Made by a program: the position numbers and the translations under genes. A stretch of DNA of 64,000 bases, from positions 25,732,001-25,796,000 of the forward strand of contig NC_086109.1 of the NCBI RefSeq assembly GCF_963921235.1, in the 5' to 3' direction. Under the pieces are notes generated by a model. It saw only the letters and a list, made by a program, of their open reading frames with translations. It was not told the origin of the DNA and ran no database searches. Below are positions 13,174 through 24,307 of this stretch, one piece after another. This DNA comes from Mobula hypostoma. Taxonomy: Eukaryota. How positions within the stretch are numbered: the first letter of the stretch is position 1; each line of letters starts with the position of its first letter.

Positions 13174-13430
13174 TATAGAAACATAGAAAATAGGTGCAGG
13201 AGTAGGCTATTCGGCCCTTCGAACCTGCACCGCCATTTATTATGATCATGGCTGATCATCCAACTCAGAACCCTGCACCAGCCTTCCCTCCATACCCCCT
13301 GATCCCCGTAGCCACAAGGGCCATATCTAACTCCCTCTTAAATATAGCCAATGAACTGGCCTCAACTGTTTCCTGTGGCAGAGAATTCCACAGATTCACC
13401 ACTCTCTGTGTGAAGAAGTTTTTCCTAATC
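13174..13430 (-). mobile_element. 5'-truncated CR1 3' end, same subfamily as 1-3188
   Basis: Reverse complement matches 2931-3188 with about 10 mismatches by eye. Confidence 0.9.
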
Positions 13431-14337
13431 TATGTTGATTGGTTTTGCATCTTGCCAGATGGATCGTCAAGAAGATGGCCCTTTGATAATACTTTAAATC
13501 CAGGGTGTACTTCCAAATCATTTCCAGACCAGGATGTACTGAATTAACATTCTATGTCTATCTGTGCCTAGTAAAACCTGGGTGTTTTTTTACTCTGTAC
13601 CCAGCAACATTGATCTTTAGTTTTGTCTGCTATAGTCAAATTTAATTTTATATATTGACATCGTTAATAACAATATATGTCACTTTGTTGCCCAGTGTTT
13701 ATCATCATTTTGAATAAATATGTACGTAATACAGTGCATCTGGTTAGCTGAACTACATGTACGCTTCAATTTCTAATTAAGTAAACTCATATCGACTCAA
13801 GTTTCAAGATTTTGGCTATTGACTCTGATAATCTTCTTGAAATTTTTTTCATGCTTTCTGTCATTTAAAATCTAAAGTCATAGGTTTGATTCACATCAAA
13901 ATTCTGTGGAATACCTCTCTGTGATTGCATATTAAGATGGATTCTTTGGTATGTAAATACTGATGAATTGATGTTTTCTGCACTCTTTATGTTTTGTCTG
14001 TCCTTGCAAATTTGTGTTGTGTCTTTCAGACTGTTAGAAACATTAATGGGCAGAGTTGAACTAAATGATTGCCCTCCATTGAGAACAGTGCTTCCTGTCC
14101 TTTGTATCCAAGTCCCAATATTAAACTGCCACTATTGCCACACACATCGGATTAAACAGAATAAACATACTCATTTTCCTCTTCCACGGACAGGAACTGT
14201 CTGGCTTTCTTTAATAGCATTTCTGCAGCAATAGCAATCTTAACTGAACGTGCTCATCTGTAAACCTCCAGGCAAACTGAAGCCTCAGTGCCCAACCTTG
14301 GAAAAATCTGAAAGTGTTGTGCCACCATAATTTCTTT

Positions 14338-15253
14338 AATAGACAATAGACAATAGGTGCAGGAGTAGGCCATTCGGCCCTTCGAGCCAGCACCGCCATT
14401 CACTGTGATCATGGCTGATCATCCACAATCAGTATCCAGTTCCTGCCTTATCCCCATAACCTTTGATTCCGCTATCTTTAAGAACTCTATCCATCTCTTT
14501 CTTGAAAACATCCAAAGACCTGGCCTCCACTGCCTTCTGGGGCAGAGCATTCCACATATCCACCACTCTGTGGGTGAAAAAGTTTTTCCTCAACTCCGTT
14601 CTAAATGGCCTACCCCTTATTCTTAAGCTGTGGTCTCTGGTTTGGACTCTCCCATCAGCGGGAACATGCTTCCTGCCTCCAGCGTGTCCAATCCCTTAAT
14701 AATCTTATATATTTCAATAAGCTCCCCTCTCAGCCTTCTAAATTCCAGAGTATACAAGGCCAGTTCCTCCAATCTTTCAACATATGACGGTCCCGCCATC
14801 CCAGGAATTAATCTTGTGAACCTACGCTGCACTCCCTCAATAACAAGAATGTCCTTCCTCAAATTTGGAGACCAAAACTGCACACAATACTCCAGGTATG
14901 GTCTCACCAGGGCCCCGTACAGCTGCAGAAGGACTTCTTTGCTCCTATACTCAATTCCCCTTGTTATGAAGGCCAGCATGCCATTAGCTTTCTTCACTGC
15001 CTGCTGTACCTGCAGGCTTGCTTTCAGTGACTGATGTACAAGAACACCTCGATCTCGTTGTACTTCCCCTTTTCCTAGCTTGACTCCATTTAGATAATAA
15101 TCTGCCTTCCTGTTCTTACCACTAAAGTGGATAATCTCACACTTAACCACATTAAACTGCATCAGCCATGCATCCGCCCACTCACCCAGCCTGTCCAAGT
15201 CACCCTGCATTCTCATAATGTCCTCCTCACATTTCACACGGCCACCCAGCTTT
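14338..15253 (-). mobile_element. 5'-truncated CR1 LINE
   Basis: ORF 14623-15237 (RT C-terminus, LVRPYLEYCVQFWSP) and a (CTATTGT)n tail. Confidence 0.92.
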
Positions 15254-15774
15254 TTAACTCAATGATACAAATTCCAATCGCTTCTCTAGGTTTTTCACCA
15301 CAGTATGTAATTTATAGATATCAATAAGTTCCAAGGGTGTTGGATTTAAGAGGGTCCACAATAATTTAACGACCTTGATGAATGAGATATTGATAGCATT
15401 AATAAATTTATTATCATTGCATAGGTATTCAATTCTTTTGACTTAGAAGTGTTTTCTACTTTCATTTGGCTTTGTACTGTTTCTTAAATCTTTTTCTTAC
15501 TTCCTATATAATATTGTTAGTATGCTAAGCCATCCTCATTCCCTCCAAATGTATACTAAATGCTACTCAAGTTTTCAAAATAACTATCGAATTTTTCCAA
15601 TATATTCAGCTTGACTCTGGTCAGTCATTTTGTCAAACTTTGTTAGATCCACTGGTCCTCGCTCGCTGAAGCTGAGGTCTGCTTTTAGACTTGGTGTGCT
15701 TTTCATTGACTCATTCAGTTCCCCTTATAACCTGAACTTTCACAGGCTTTAACTATGTTCCAGTGTGCTATCTG

Positions 15775-16230
15775 CACTCAGTGGCCACTTTATTAGGTAC
15801 ACACCAACACCACTTGTTAATGCAAATACCTAATCAGCCAATCATGTGGTAGCAACTAAATGCATAAAAGCATGCAGACATGATCAAGAAGTTCAGCTAT
15901 TGTTCAGACCAAACATCAGAATAGGGATGTAATGTCATCTAAGTGACTTTGGCCATGGAATGATTGTCGGTGCCAGACAAAGTGGTCTGAGTTATCTCAG
16001 AAACTGCCGATCTCCTGGAATTTTTCACACACAACAGTCTCTAGAATTTACAGAGAATGGTGTGAAAAACAAAACAAAAAGTCTATCTCTTCATCTATCT
16101 ATATATCTATCTATATGCACAACATGTCGGACCTTGAAACGGATTCAGCAGTAGAGGATCACCCCAGGTTCCAGACCTGTGGCCATATTATTAGGTACAC
16201 TCCTATACCTAATAAAGTGGCCACTGAGAG
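15775..16230 (+). mobile_element. Internally deleted Tc1-like DNA transposon
   Basis: TIRs CACTCAGTGGCCACTTTATTAGGTACA and TATACCTAATAAAGTGGCCACTGAGAG followed by TA. Transposase HTH remnant LSDFGHGMIVGARQSGLS..ETADLLG. Confidence 0.85.
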
Positions 16231-16915
16231 TATGTTCCCTGTTTGAGTACAGATTGAAGTGTTGAACAAATCTGCCAAGACTCAGGAGTTCTAATGAACT
16301 CTATTTATTACACTAACTCATCCAGACTTACTGTGGAAGCTTTTGTGGATACTGTTGTAATCCAAAGAGCAGTCATGCTGTGTAAAGAGACAGACATAAA
16401 GCATCATTTTATTTTACAACCAATACTACATATACTACACCTCCTTTGTTAGAATCTCCAAAAAGTACTGTTTATCATAGTCTAGGCATTTTGGCACTTT
16501 CCAATGAGTCTCAAAGCTGTCTTGTGAAGTGTGCAATTTAAAACTGAGTGTTCTGATAACTCATAATGTAGAATGCAGTATGTTGTGTTCCTATTTTTAT
16601 TTTAGTTGCCAGGTGACGCTTTCAGCATCTGGGTGCTCCAGTTCATGTCAGAAAGATAGATTAGGTGCACACCTGATGCAAAGAAACTCTGTGATGGAAA
16701 CCAGCTCCAACTGTCTGTTCAGTTTTGTGATTGGTGTGATTATATCCAGAAAAAATCACTAATGTAGATTATTCTGGTTTATATCAGCACGCATCAGATA
16801 GTGCTCGTAAAAAGCACAATTCAATTCAATTTCTAGGTAACAGTTCCTACAAGTTCACTAACCTGATCTTTTTCTTTTAATAGCCTCAATTTACACTCCC
16901 TTTATTTTTCATTAG

Positions 16916-17205
16916 CACTGAATATCAAGGTTTCGAAATCCATTGACTATCAACTTATGGACTCTGATCGCCAAGATCCGCTGAGAATCTGTGGAAAACT
17001 GAAAGAGCCCCCAGGAAACGAGGTTCCCAGTGAACGGAGCGAGGGAGATACCAGCAGCAAGAACAAGAAGCGGCGGAACAGAACCACGTTCACTAGTTAT
17101 CAGCTGGAGGAGCTAGAGAAGGTGTTTCAGAAAACTCACTATCCCGATGTGTATGCTCGAGAACAGCTGGCTCTGGGCACTGAGCTCACCGAGGCCAGAG
17201 TTCAG
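16916..17205 (+). CDS. ALX3: ALX3-like homeobox gene, coding exon 2 (homeodomain residues 1-46)
   Basis: Acceptor TTTATTTTTCATTAG|CA (phase 1) and donor CAG|GTAGG (phase 0). Encodes ...[51 protein letters not shown], an Alx-type paired-class homeodomain with the typical intron between residues 46 and 47. Confidence 0.93.
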
Positions 17206-18402
17206 GTAGGGCTGGATGAAAGGTGGTGATTAAGCCTAGATGTAATGGTATAACTTGGACATTTCTTCTTGATAATCACCACTGAGCTCTGACTTGAGAC
17301 TGGCATCATAGGGAGGCTGGTTTACTTGAATTGCTTGTGGTCCGCTGGAGAAAGTTATAATGAAGTGGCAACAGTCATTTGTAAACTTTATTTTTGTGTA
17401 AGAACAGCAAAGTAATTTGTTGCAATTCGTGAAGTATAGCCGTATGCCTAAAGAAAAAGGTTTCTACTGGAGAAAGATGAGAGGAAGTGGCAAGAATCTG
17501 ATGAGCCAGGAAACTCATGAGATACTCTCACAGATCCTCAGGTTTACACAAAACTCGAAGGAATAAAGGGTGTAGAAGTTCAGTTTACCATGACACTACT
17601 GCCTCTCTAAAAGAACTCTCCAACCCCACACACATTGACTTACACATGACACACCTGTCAGCACAGGTACAAAAAGGCATGGGCAGAGAAATAGGTGAAT
17701 ATATAGTGCATGCAGAGAAAGAAATATATATACCATCCACTAACACAGCATATACCAGATGCAGTTGCTGTGACAGGTGCATGCATATACAGAGACCTGT
17801 TTAACTCATGGGGACTGGCACAGTTACAATCAGCTGCAGCTACGTGGACAGGTAAATGTATGAAGGTAAATAAATATAATCATAGGTAGGGAGATATAAA
17901 CACAAAGAAAGATAGGTATATAAATTCTGCAGAGAGGGACAACTGATTAGACAAACAATGATAGTCATTCAGACATTCTGAGATATAAAAGCAGATACAA
18001 ATTCCAAATGCAAGAATATCTCTTGCATTTATTGGTGATCCATTCAGGATCTCCCATTTACACATTTGCTGTTTATCTGCAGTTTTTTGTGCTTTCCTGT
18101 TGAAATTACCCTGCGAATAGAAGAATGTCATAGAACCGCAGCGCCCACAATTTTGTAGGATCTGTTTTTGCCAGATGGTAGCCAATCCAGTGAATTCTGA
18201 GCCAGAATTACATGTGCTGAAACTCCAGGAATGGGACACATCATCTGGTTTATCATTGCATTGCATTGTGGAGGACGTGCTGACACTAACCCTTGGGATG
18301 AAACATTAAATGTTAGCTTTAACTAGTGGAACTGGGAACTGTTGAAGATTCTTTTGGAAAAAAAGTGGAAGAACAGAATGTTCTCCTGATTTCCAGATAG
18401 AC

Positions 18403-18825
18403 AATAGACAATAGGTGCAGGAGTAGGCCATTCAGCCCTTCGAGCCAGCATTCACTGTGATCACGGCTGATCATCCACAATCAGTACCCCCTTCCTGCCT
18501 TTTCCCCATATCCCTTCAGTCCGCTATCTTTAAGAGCTCTATCTAACTCTTTTTCGAAAGAATCCAGAGAACTGGCCTCCACTGCCTTCTCAGGCAGAGC
18601 ATTCCACAGAACCACAACCCTCTCTGTGAAAAAGTTTTTCCTCAACTCCATTCTAAATTGTCTACCCCTTATTCTTAAACTGTGGCCTCTGGTTCTGGAC
18701 TCCCCCCAACATCCGGAACATGTTTCCTGTCTCTAGCATGTCCAATCCCTTAATAATCTTATATGTTTCAATCAGATCCCCTCTCATCCTTCTAAATTCC
18801 AGTGTATACAACCCGAGTCGCTCCA
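18403..18825 (-). mobile_element. 5'-truncated CR1 with apparent TSD ATAGAC
   Basis: Same subfamily as 14338-15253; ATAGAC at 18397-18402 and 18826-18831. Confidence 0.85.
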
Positions 18826-19632
18826 ATAGACGCTGCAGTTAGACCTTCCTCCCTCAAAGAGTCCAAATTAAAATACAAGCCGTCTTACTAATTTTTCGGA
18901 TCTTGCCAAATTTCAAATTAGATGTCCTAGTTAACACCAGTAATGGAATAATACTGTTGAATGCATATAAATGTCTTTGATGCATTTCAGAGTGATACAA
19001 TATCTATTTACAATAGCAATTACAGTATCTTTCATTTTTCAGCTGGGTTTGTACTTTCGCTAGAAATGTCAGAGGAAGAATTGTGACATATGTGTGAAAT
19101 CCTTATTCTGAGCGCAATGTGATTATCATCCCATTTGACAGATTTACTTTGCACTTTGATAATGGTTTATGCCCTTAGCAAGACATTCAACAAATCCAGA
19201 TCGCTTGAGAAATCCAGAAAGCATTTGTTATTGAGTTGCAAAGTTATGTTGGGAATTGATTCAGTGAATCTTGGTTTATATTGGCAGACAAAGCAAAACT
19301 TATTGCTGGCACCAATTGAAGGAAAAATAGATTTATGTACTCGTGGTCAATGAATACTGTTTCACTATAGTCACCATTCTAATGTAGTTAACTGCAGCTA
19401 TGATTCACTTATAACAGGGCTGCACAAGACAGCACTGAGATTAGGAGAAACCCAACAAGTCCCATACCAACCACAGCATCCAACCAGCTAGTTCCAATAT
19501 CCTTGTATTTGGCTATTATCCCCCGAAGACACACCCCGCACCACCACCGCCATGAACATATTTAAAAGCATAGCTTTATTAAACTTTCTCCATCATTATC
19601 ACTGATCTCTTTTTTTTTGTTATATTCATTAG

Positions 19633-19761
19633 GTTTGGTTTCAAAACAGAAGAGCCAAATGGAGAAAACGAGAACGATATGGAAAATTTCATGAAGTCCG
19701 AAACCACTTTGCTGCGGCATATGACATCTCGATCTTCCCAAAACCAGAAAATTATCCTCAG
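19633..19761 (+). CDS. ALX3: ALX3-like homeobox gene, coding exon 3 (helix 3, Q50)
   Basis: TTCATTAG|GTTTGG...CCTCAG|GTAGAG, 129 nt, phase 0/0. Encodes [55 protein letters not shown] matches ALX3 better than ALX1 or ALX4. Not present in the ORF track. Confidence 0.95.
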
Positions 19762-20479
19762 GTAGAGCATTCCAGCATAGAGTGGTGGGATTAAATGGTA
19801 GAAAATTCATTAGGTTACACCATTGAACTGTTGATATCGTCAAGCACCATGCCTATTAATTGTAAAAAGTGACTCAGATATATTTCTTGAGGTACCTTAT
19901 ATGCAAGTCCCCACTTATTCTTATTTCATTGTTTGAATGTATTTTTTTTCTTATTGTCTATCATATTTTACATCCCTAATTCACAAATAACCTGACTTTA
20001 ATTTCAAGTAGCTTTCCCAGATTTTATTCATAATAAACCAGTGTCCAGAAGGTCTGTGAACAAACACAATGACATCAATAAACTTGCTAAATATTTTATT
20101 TGCGCATCATCCCTTTTCAAACCTGTTTCTCCTGTGTTTTGATGCAGTAATTAAGAAGAAATTGTTTTCATGGGCAGGAGATTAAAATAGCGACTTAAAG
20201 TTAGTTGGTCAAAGAAAAACGGAGAAGATGAAATAAATATATTTTTATGCAGCAAGTTGTTAAAATCTGGGATGCTCTCAGAATAAATGTAGATTTATTA
20301 ATGACTTTCAAAACGGAGTTAAAAGAGACCTTCAAGTTCAGAAATGAACTGAAGAAAGAGCAGATTGAATGAATTAAATGTTCTTTTTAGAAAACTAGCA
20401 TAATACAGTGGATTGAATAACTTCCAAATGGGCTGAATAATCCTCTTGTTACGAAATCACACACAACCTCTGGTGGTCC

Positions 20480-21520
20480 CAGAACACAGTCAGGAAAGCT
20501 CACCAACGCCTCTACTTTCTGATGAGGCTGAAGAGAGCTGAACTTTGTACATCCGTACTCATGATATTTTGCAGATGTGCAGCAGATAGCATCCTGACAA
20601 GCTACATTTCCGGTTGGTACAGAAGCGACACAGCAGCGGACAGGAAGGCTCTACAACGGGTAGTCAAAACTGCCCAACAAGTCACTGGCACCAGCCTATC
20701 CACTATCAAGGGCATATATACAGAAAGGTGCCAGAAAAGGGCCAGTAACATCATGAAGTATCCTACCCACCCTGCTCATGGACTGTTTGTCCCACTCCCG
20801 TCAGGGAGGAGGCTACAAAGCATCCACACCAGGACCACTAGACCCAAAAACAGTTACTTACCCCAAACAGTATGGCTGATCAACACCTCCACTCACTAAC
20901 TCCACAACTACTTTATTATTTGTTGTCAGTCACCTTATGTAGAGCCTAGCATCACTTTATGGATGTACAATCTATGTATATAAGCTATCTTATGTATTTA
21001 CAGTACATGTCTTGGCACATGTAAAAAAATTCTGTAAAGCAAAAATACTTAAAAAAATAATGAAATGAGAAGATTCTAAATATCAAAAAATACTTTAAAG
21101 AGCAGTAAATGGTAAAAACTAAATCAAAGCAATATTTGATGTGACCTTTAAAACTGCATCAATTATCTTAGGTAAAATGCAGTTTTATAAGAAATTCAGC
21201 TGGTAGGTTGCTCCAAGCATCTTGGAGAACTTGCCAAAGTTCTTCGGCAGCCTTTGGTATCTTGCTTGCTTCTCTCCCTCTCCAGGTAATCCCAGACAGC
21301 GTCAATGATGTTGAGATGAGGGCTCTTTGGAGGCCATACGATCTGAAACCATATAGAAATAAGATCTTTCCACAGTACTGTACATTTACTGTGTTTTTAA
21401 AAAAAATGATTGTGTTCTTTATCTTTTGTTTTTTTTTTGGTGCTGTATCAGATCCAGACTAACAATTATTTTGTTCTCATTTACACTTGGGTACAGGAAA
21501 TGACATTAAACAATCTTGAC
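20480..21520 (+). mobile_element. Rex/Babar LINE 3' fragment, interrupted by the MITE at 21001-21380
   Basis: ORF 20522-20899: DRKALQRVVKTAQ...THPAHGLFVPLPSGRR. Confidence 0.8.
21001..21380. mobile_element. Tc1/mariner-derived MITE with TA TSD
   Basis: TA|CAGTAC...CACAGTACTG|TA; second copy at 3188-3501. Confidence 0.8.
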
Positions 21521-21744
21521 TATAAATAATGTGAATATTATTTCTCCCTCTCCATCTTTATAAAATTATTGGCATTCACAGGATGGAAGGTAATTCAGGC
21601 CCTTGGCCCACCGTTGGCTCTTTGCAATGTCTGTTCAATTTTATCCCATTTCTTTCCCTACAGCTCTGCAGATTAATTCAAGCACTTGTCCATCATATTC
21701 ACTGCAGACATTGTGGGCCTGTTCGTGTGCTGTACTGTTCTATA

Positions 21745-22505
21745 CTACATGACATTTCCCCGAATGGAGGACAGTATTAATAAGGAAAGATTGGAAAAGC
21801 TAGATCTATTCTCACTGGAGGCTAAGGGATGACCTTACAGAGGTTTATGTGGAGCGTACATATAATAGATAGAGTAATTTTCCCGGGGTAGGAGAGGAGA
21901 GAACAAAAGTACACAGATTTAAGGTGTGGTAGGAGAAAGTTAAAGGAAATCTGAGGATTATTTATTTTAAACCCAGAGGGTGGTGATCATCTGGAATAAC
22001 CTGCCAGGAGAGGTGATGTAGGCAGATACAATTCATCATCAGGTGCCATGCCCAGTTTGAGCTTTGACTGCCGTGTTCCACACTCTCCTGTTTCGGGTCA
22101 AGTGGATCAATTCATTGGTATTCATTTCCAGTTCTCTGGCTGCTGTCTCCATCATCATTTGTCTTTGCCTTCCTTTTGCTTTCTTCCCTTCAATCTTTCC
22201 CATTATTACCGTGCATTCTAACTCCTCTTTCCTAATCACATGTCCAATGAAGTTACGTTGCCTTTTCATGATCTCATACATTATTTTTCTTTTTGTGCTT
22301 GCTCTGTTCATGACATCCTCAATAGATATTTGTTTCGTCCATGGTACAATAACTCCATTCGAAAGGAATCGGCCAGATACCTGGATAGCCAAGATATAGA
22401 CAGATATGGGCCTAATGTAGACAAATGGAATTAGTGTAGATCAGCATCGCAGTCAGCGTGGATGAGGTGAGCAGACAGGACCAGCACTGTTTAGTCTATG
22501 ACTCT
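21745..22505 (+). mobile_element. Old CR1 3' fragment interrupted by an RTE
   Basis: CR1 3' motifs on both sides of the RTE insert. Confidence 0.65.
22033..22344 (-). mobile_element. RTE-clade LINE 3' fragment with TSD TACAAT
   Basis: FIGHVIRKEELECTVIMGKIEGKKAKGRQR...RNRRVW and a (TGA)n tail; TACAAT at 22027-22032 and 22345-22350. Confidence 0.8.
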
Positions 22506-22924
22506 AAGATGAATTTGCATAGAATTTCTCCAGGGATTTTTTTTTCCCTTTGCTCCTTAATTTCCTCAGAAGACCAGCACAAAGCACAGGGACATGGTTT
22601 ATCGTTTGGTCCTGCCTTATCAGACAGGCCTAGGGGAATCTCAATGGAAATTAATGTTGATTGATTTGTCAATAATTGCGTGTCAGAGTCAACAACTGTG
22701 GAGGAGAGAACAATTTTAGATTCTTCAGATGCGAAGCTTAGCATTTGTACGTGTTAAAATTCAAGCACTGAATGTCAGTTCTCAGTAAGTCAGCTTTCCT
22801 AATACCAACATCAAGTACAGCATTGACTTACTCTCAGAGAGACTTCTATTTTTCAAATATTTTCACTATTCAGTGTTTATCAATATTGCATTTTTGTCTG
22901 TAGATCTTAAAGCAGAGTATTGAT

Positions 22925-23600
22925 TTCAGAATCAGGTTTAATATCAGTGGCATATGTCATGAAATTTGTTGACTTTGTGGCAGCCGGACAATGCAATACA
23001 TAATAATAGAAAAAAACATGAATTACAGTAGGATTATATATTAAATAGTTAAATTAGTGCAAAAATGGAAAATTAAAAAAAGTAGTGTTGTAGAGTTAAT
23101 GGATTCAGTGTCCATTCAGAAATCGGATGGCAGAGGGGAAGAAGCTGTTCCTGAGTCGTTGAGTTTGTGTCTTCAGGCTTCTGTACCTACTTCCTGATGG
23201 TAGCAATGAGAACAAGGCATGACGTGGGTGATGGGGTTCTTAATGATGGACTCTACCCTTTTGAGGCATCACTGCTTGAAGATGTCCTGAGTACTATGGA
23301 GGCTAGTGCTCATGATGGAGCTGACTAAGTTTACAACTCTCTGCAGTTTATTTCGATCCTGTGCAGTAGCCATCGCACCCCACCCCCCACCATACCAGAC
23401 GATGATACAGCCAGTTGGAATGCTCTTCACGGTGCAACTGTTGAAATTTAAGAGTGATTTAGGTGACATACCAAATATCCTCAAACTCCTACGAAATATA
23501 GCCATTGTTGTGTCTTCTTTGTAGCTACATTAATATGTTGGGTCCAGGTTTGATCCTCAGAGATATTGACACCCAGGGACATGAAATTACTCACTCCTCC
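22925..23600 (-). mobile_element. Rex/Babar LINE 3' fragment
   Basis: FGMSPKSLLNF...GCIIVWYG...QDRNKLQRVV and an AATAAA-like/CTGATTCT tail. Confidence 0.75.
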
Positions 23601-23986
23601 CATTTTAAACATTCTAAGGATGGACTAAATTGTATAACAACTTATTAAATTAAGTTAATTAAAAGTTTCCATAGTTGCATTACAGCAGTGAAATGCCACT
23701 CAAAACTCACAACAATACTGAAAGACTGGGAAGAATAGTTAACCCATCTACTAATTTAGATCAATATTACATCTACCGACTGTGTATCTTGATTTTGAGA
23801 ATTAAAGGATAGTTTGGCAGTTACATGGATAGTAAAGGTTTAGAAGGTTATAGGAGAAACACTGGAACTAGCTTGGATGGACATCTGGTTGGCATGAACC
23901 AGTAGGGCTGAACAGTGTGTTTCTGTGCTGTATAATGCTATGACTCTGTGTACTTTATGCTCCTAAATATATCTGTTCTATTTCAG

Positions 23987-24307
23987 ATACACAACAACCT
24001 TTGGTCCAGCAATGCAACCAACACTTCTACGGTTTCTTCATCCATTTTGTCCCAAGAACCCATGTCTTCATCTTGCATGACACCTTATTCACATTCCCAT
24101 GGGAATGTTAATGCATTTATGGGGATCTCCGGCTCTCCTTCTCACCATAATGGCATCAAGAGTCTTTATTCCCTTCATGGATTTCCCAGTTCACATGCCA
24201 ACCATGCCTTTGAACCAGTTCCTGAATCTGACTACAAAACATCCGGTCTTGTTGCTCTTCGAGGGAAGCCAAAAGAGCCACCAGCTTTTCTTTCATGGAC
24301 TAGGTGA
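23987..24307 (+). CDS. ALX3: ALX3-like homeobox gene, last coding exon
   Basis: Acceptor TTCTATTTCAG|ATA, stop TGA at 24305-24307. Encodes IHNNLW...SCMTPYSHSHGNVNAFMG...LYSLHGFP...HAFEPVPESDYKTSGLVALRGKPKEPPAFLSWTR, matching the recalled mammalian ALX3 C-terminus (CMSPYSHPHG...YSIHGFP...HSFEP...DYKSPSLVSLRVKPKEPPGLLNWTT). Confidence 0.92.
   Translation: MHNNLWSSNATNTSTVSSSILSQEPMSSSCMTPYSHSHGNVNAFMGISGSPSHHNGIKSLYSLHGFPSSHANHAFEPVPESDYKTSGLVALRGKPKEPPAFLSWTR

Noticed and set aside
16881..16884. Alternative acceptor TAATAG|C for exon 2
   Set aside because: It would need phase 2; the 16915 acceptor gives phase 1, as I recall for ALX intron 1. Not fully excluded.
17497..17520. CTGATGAGCCAGGAAACTC resembling a hammerhead core
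   Set aside because: Stem II cannot form properly and there is no convincing stem I.
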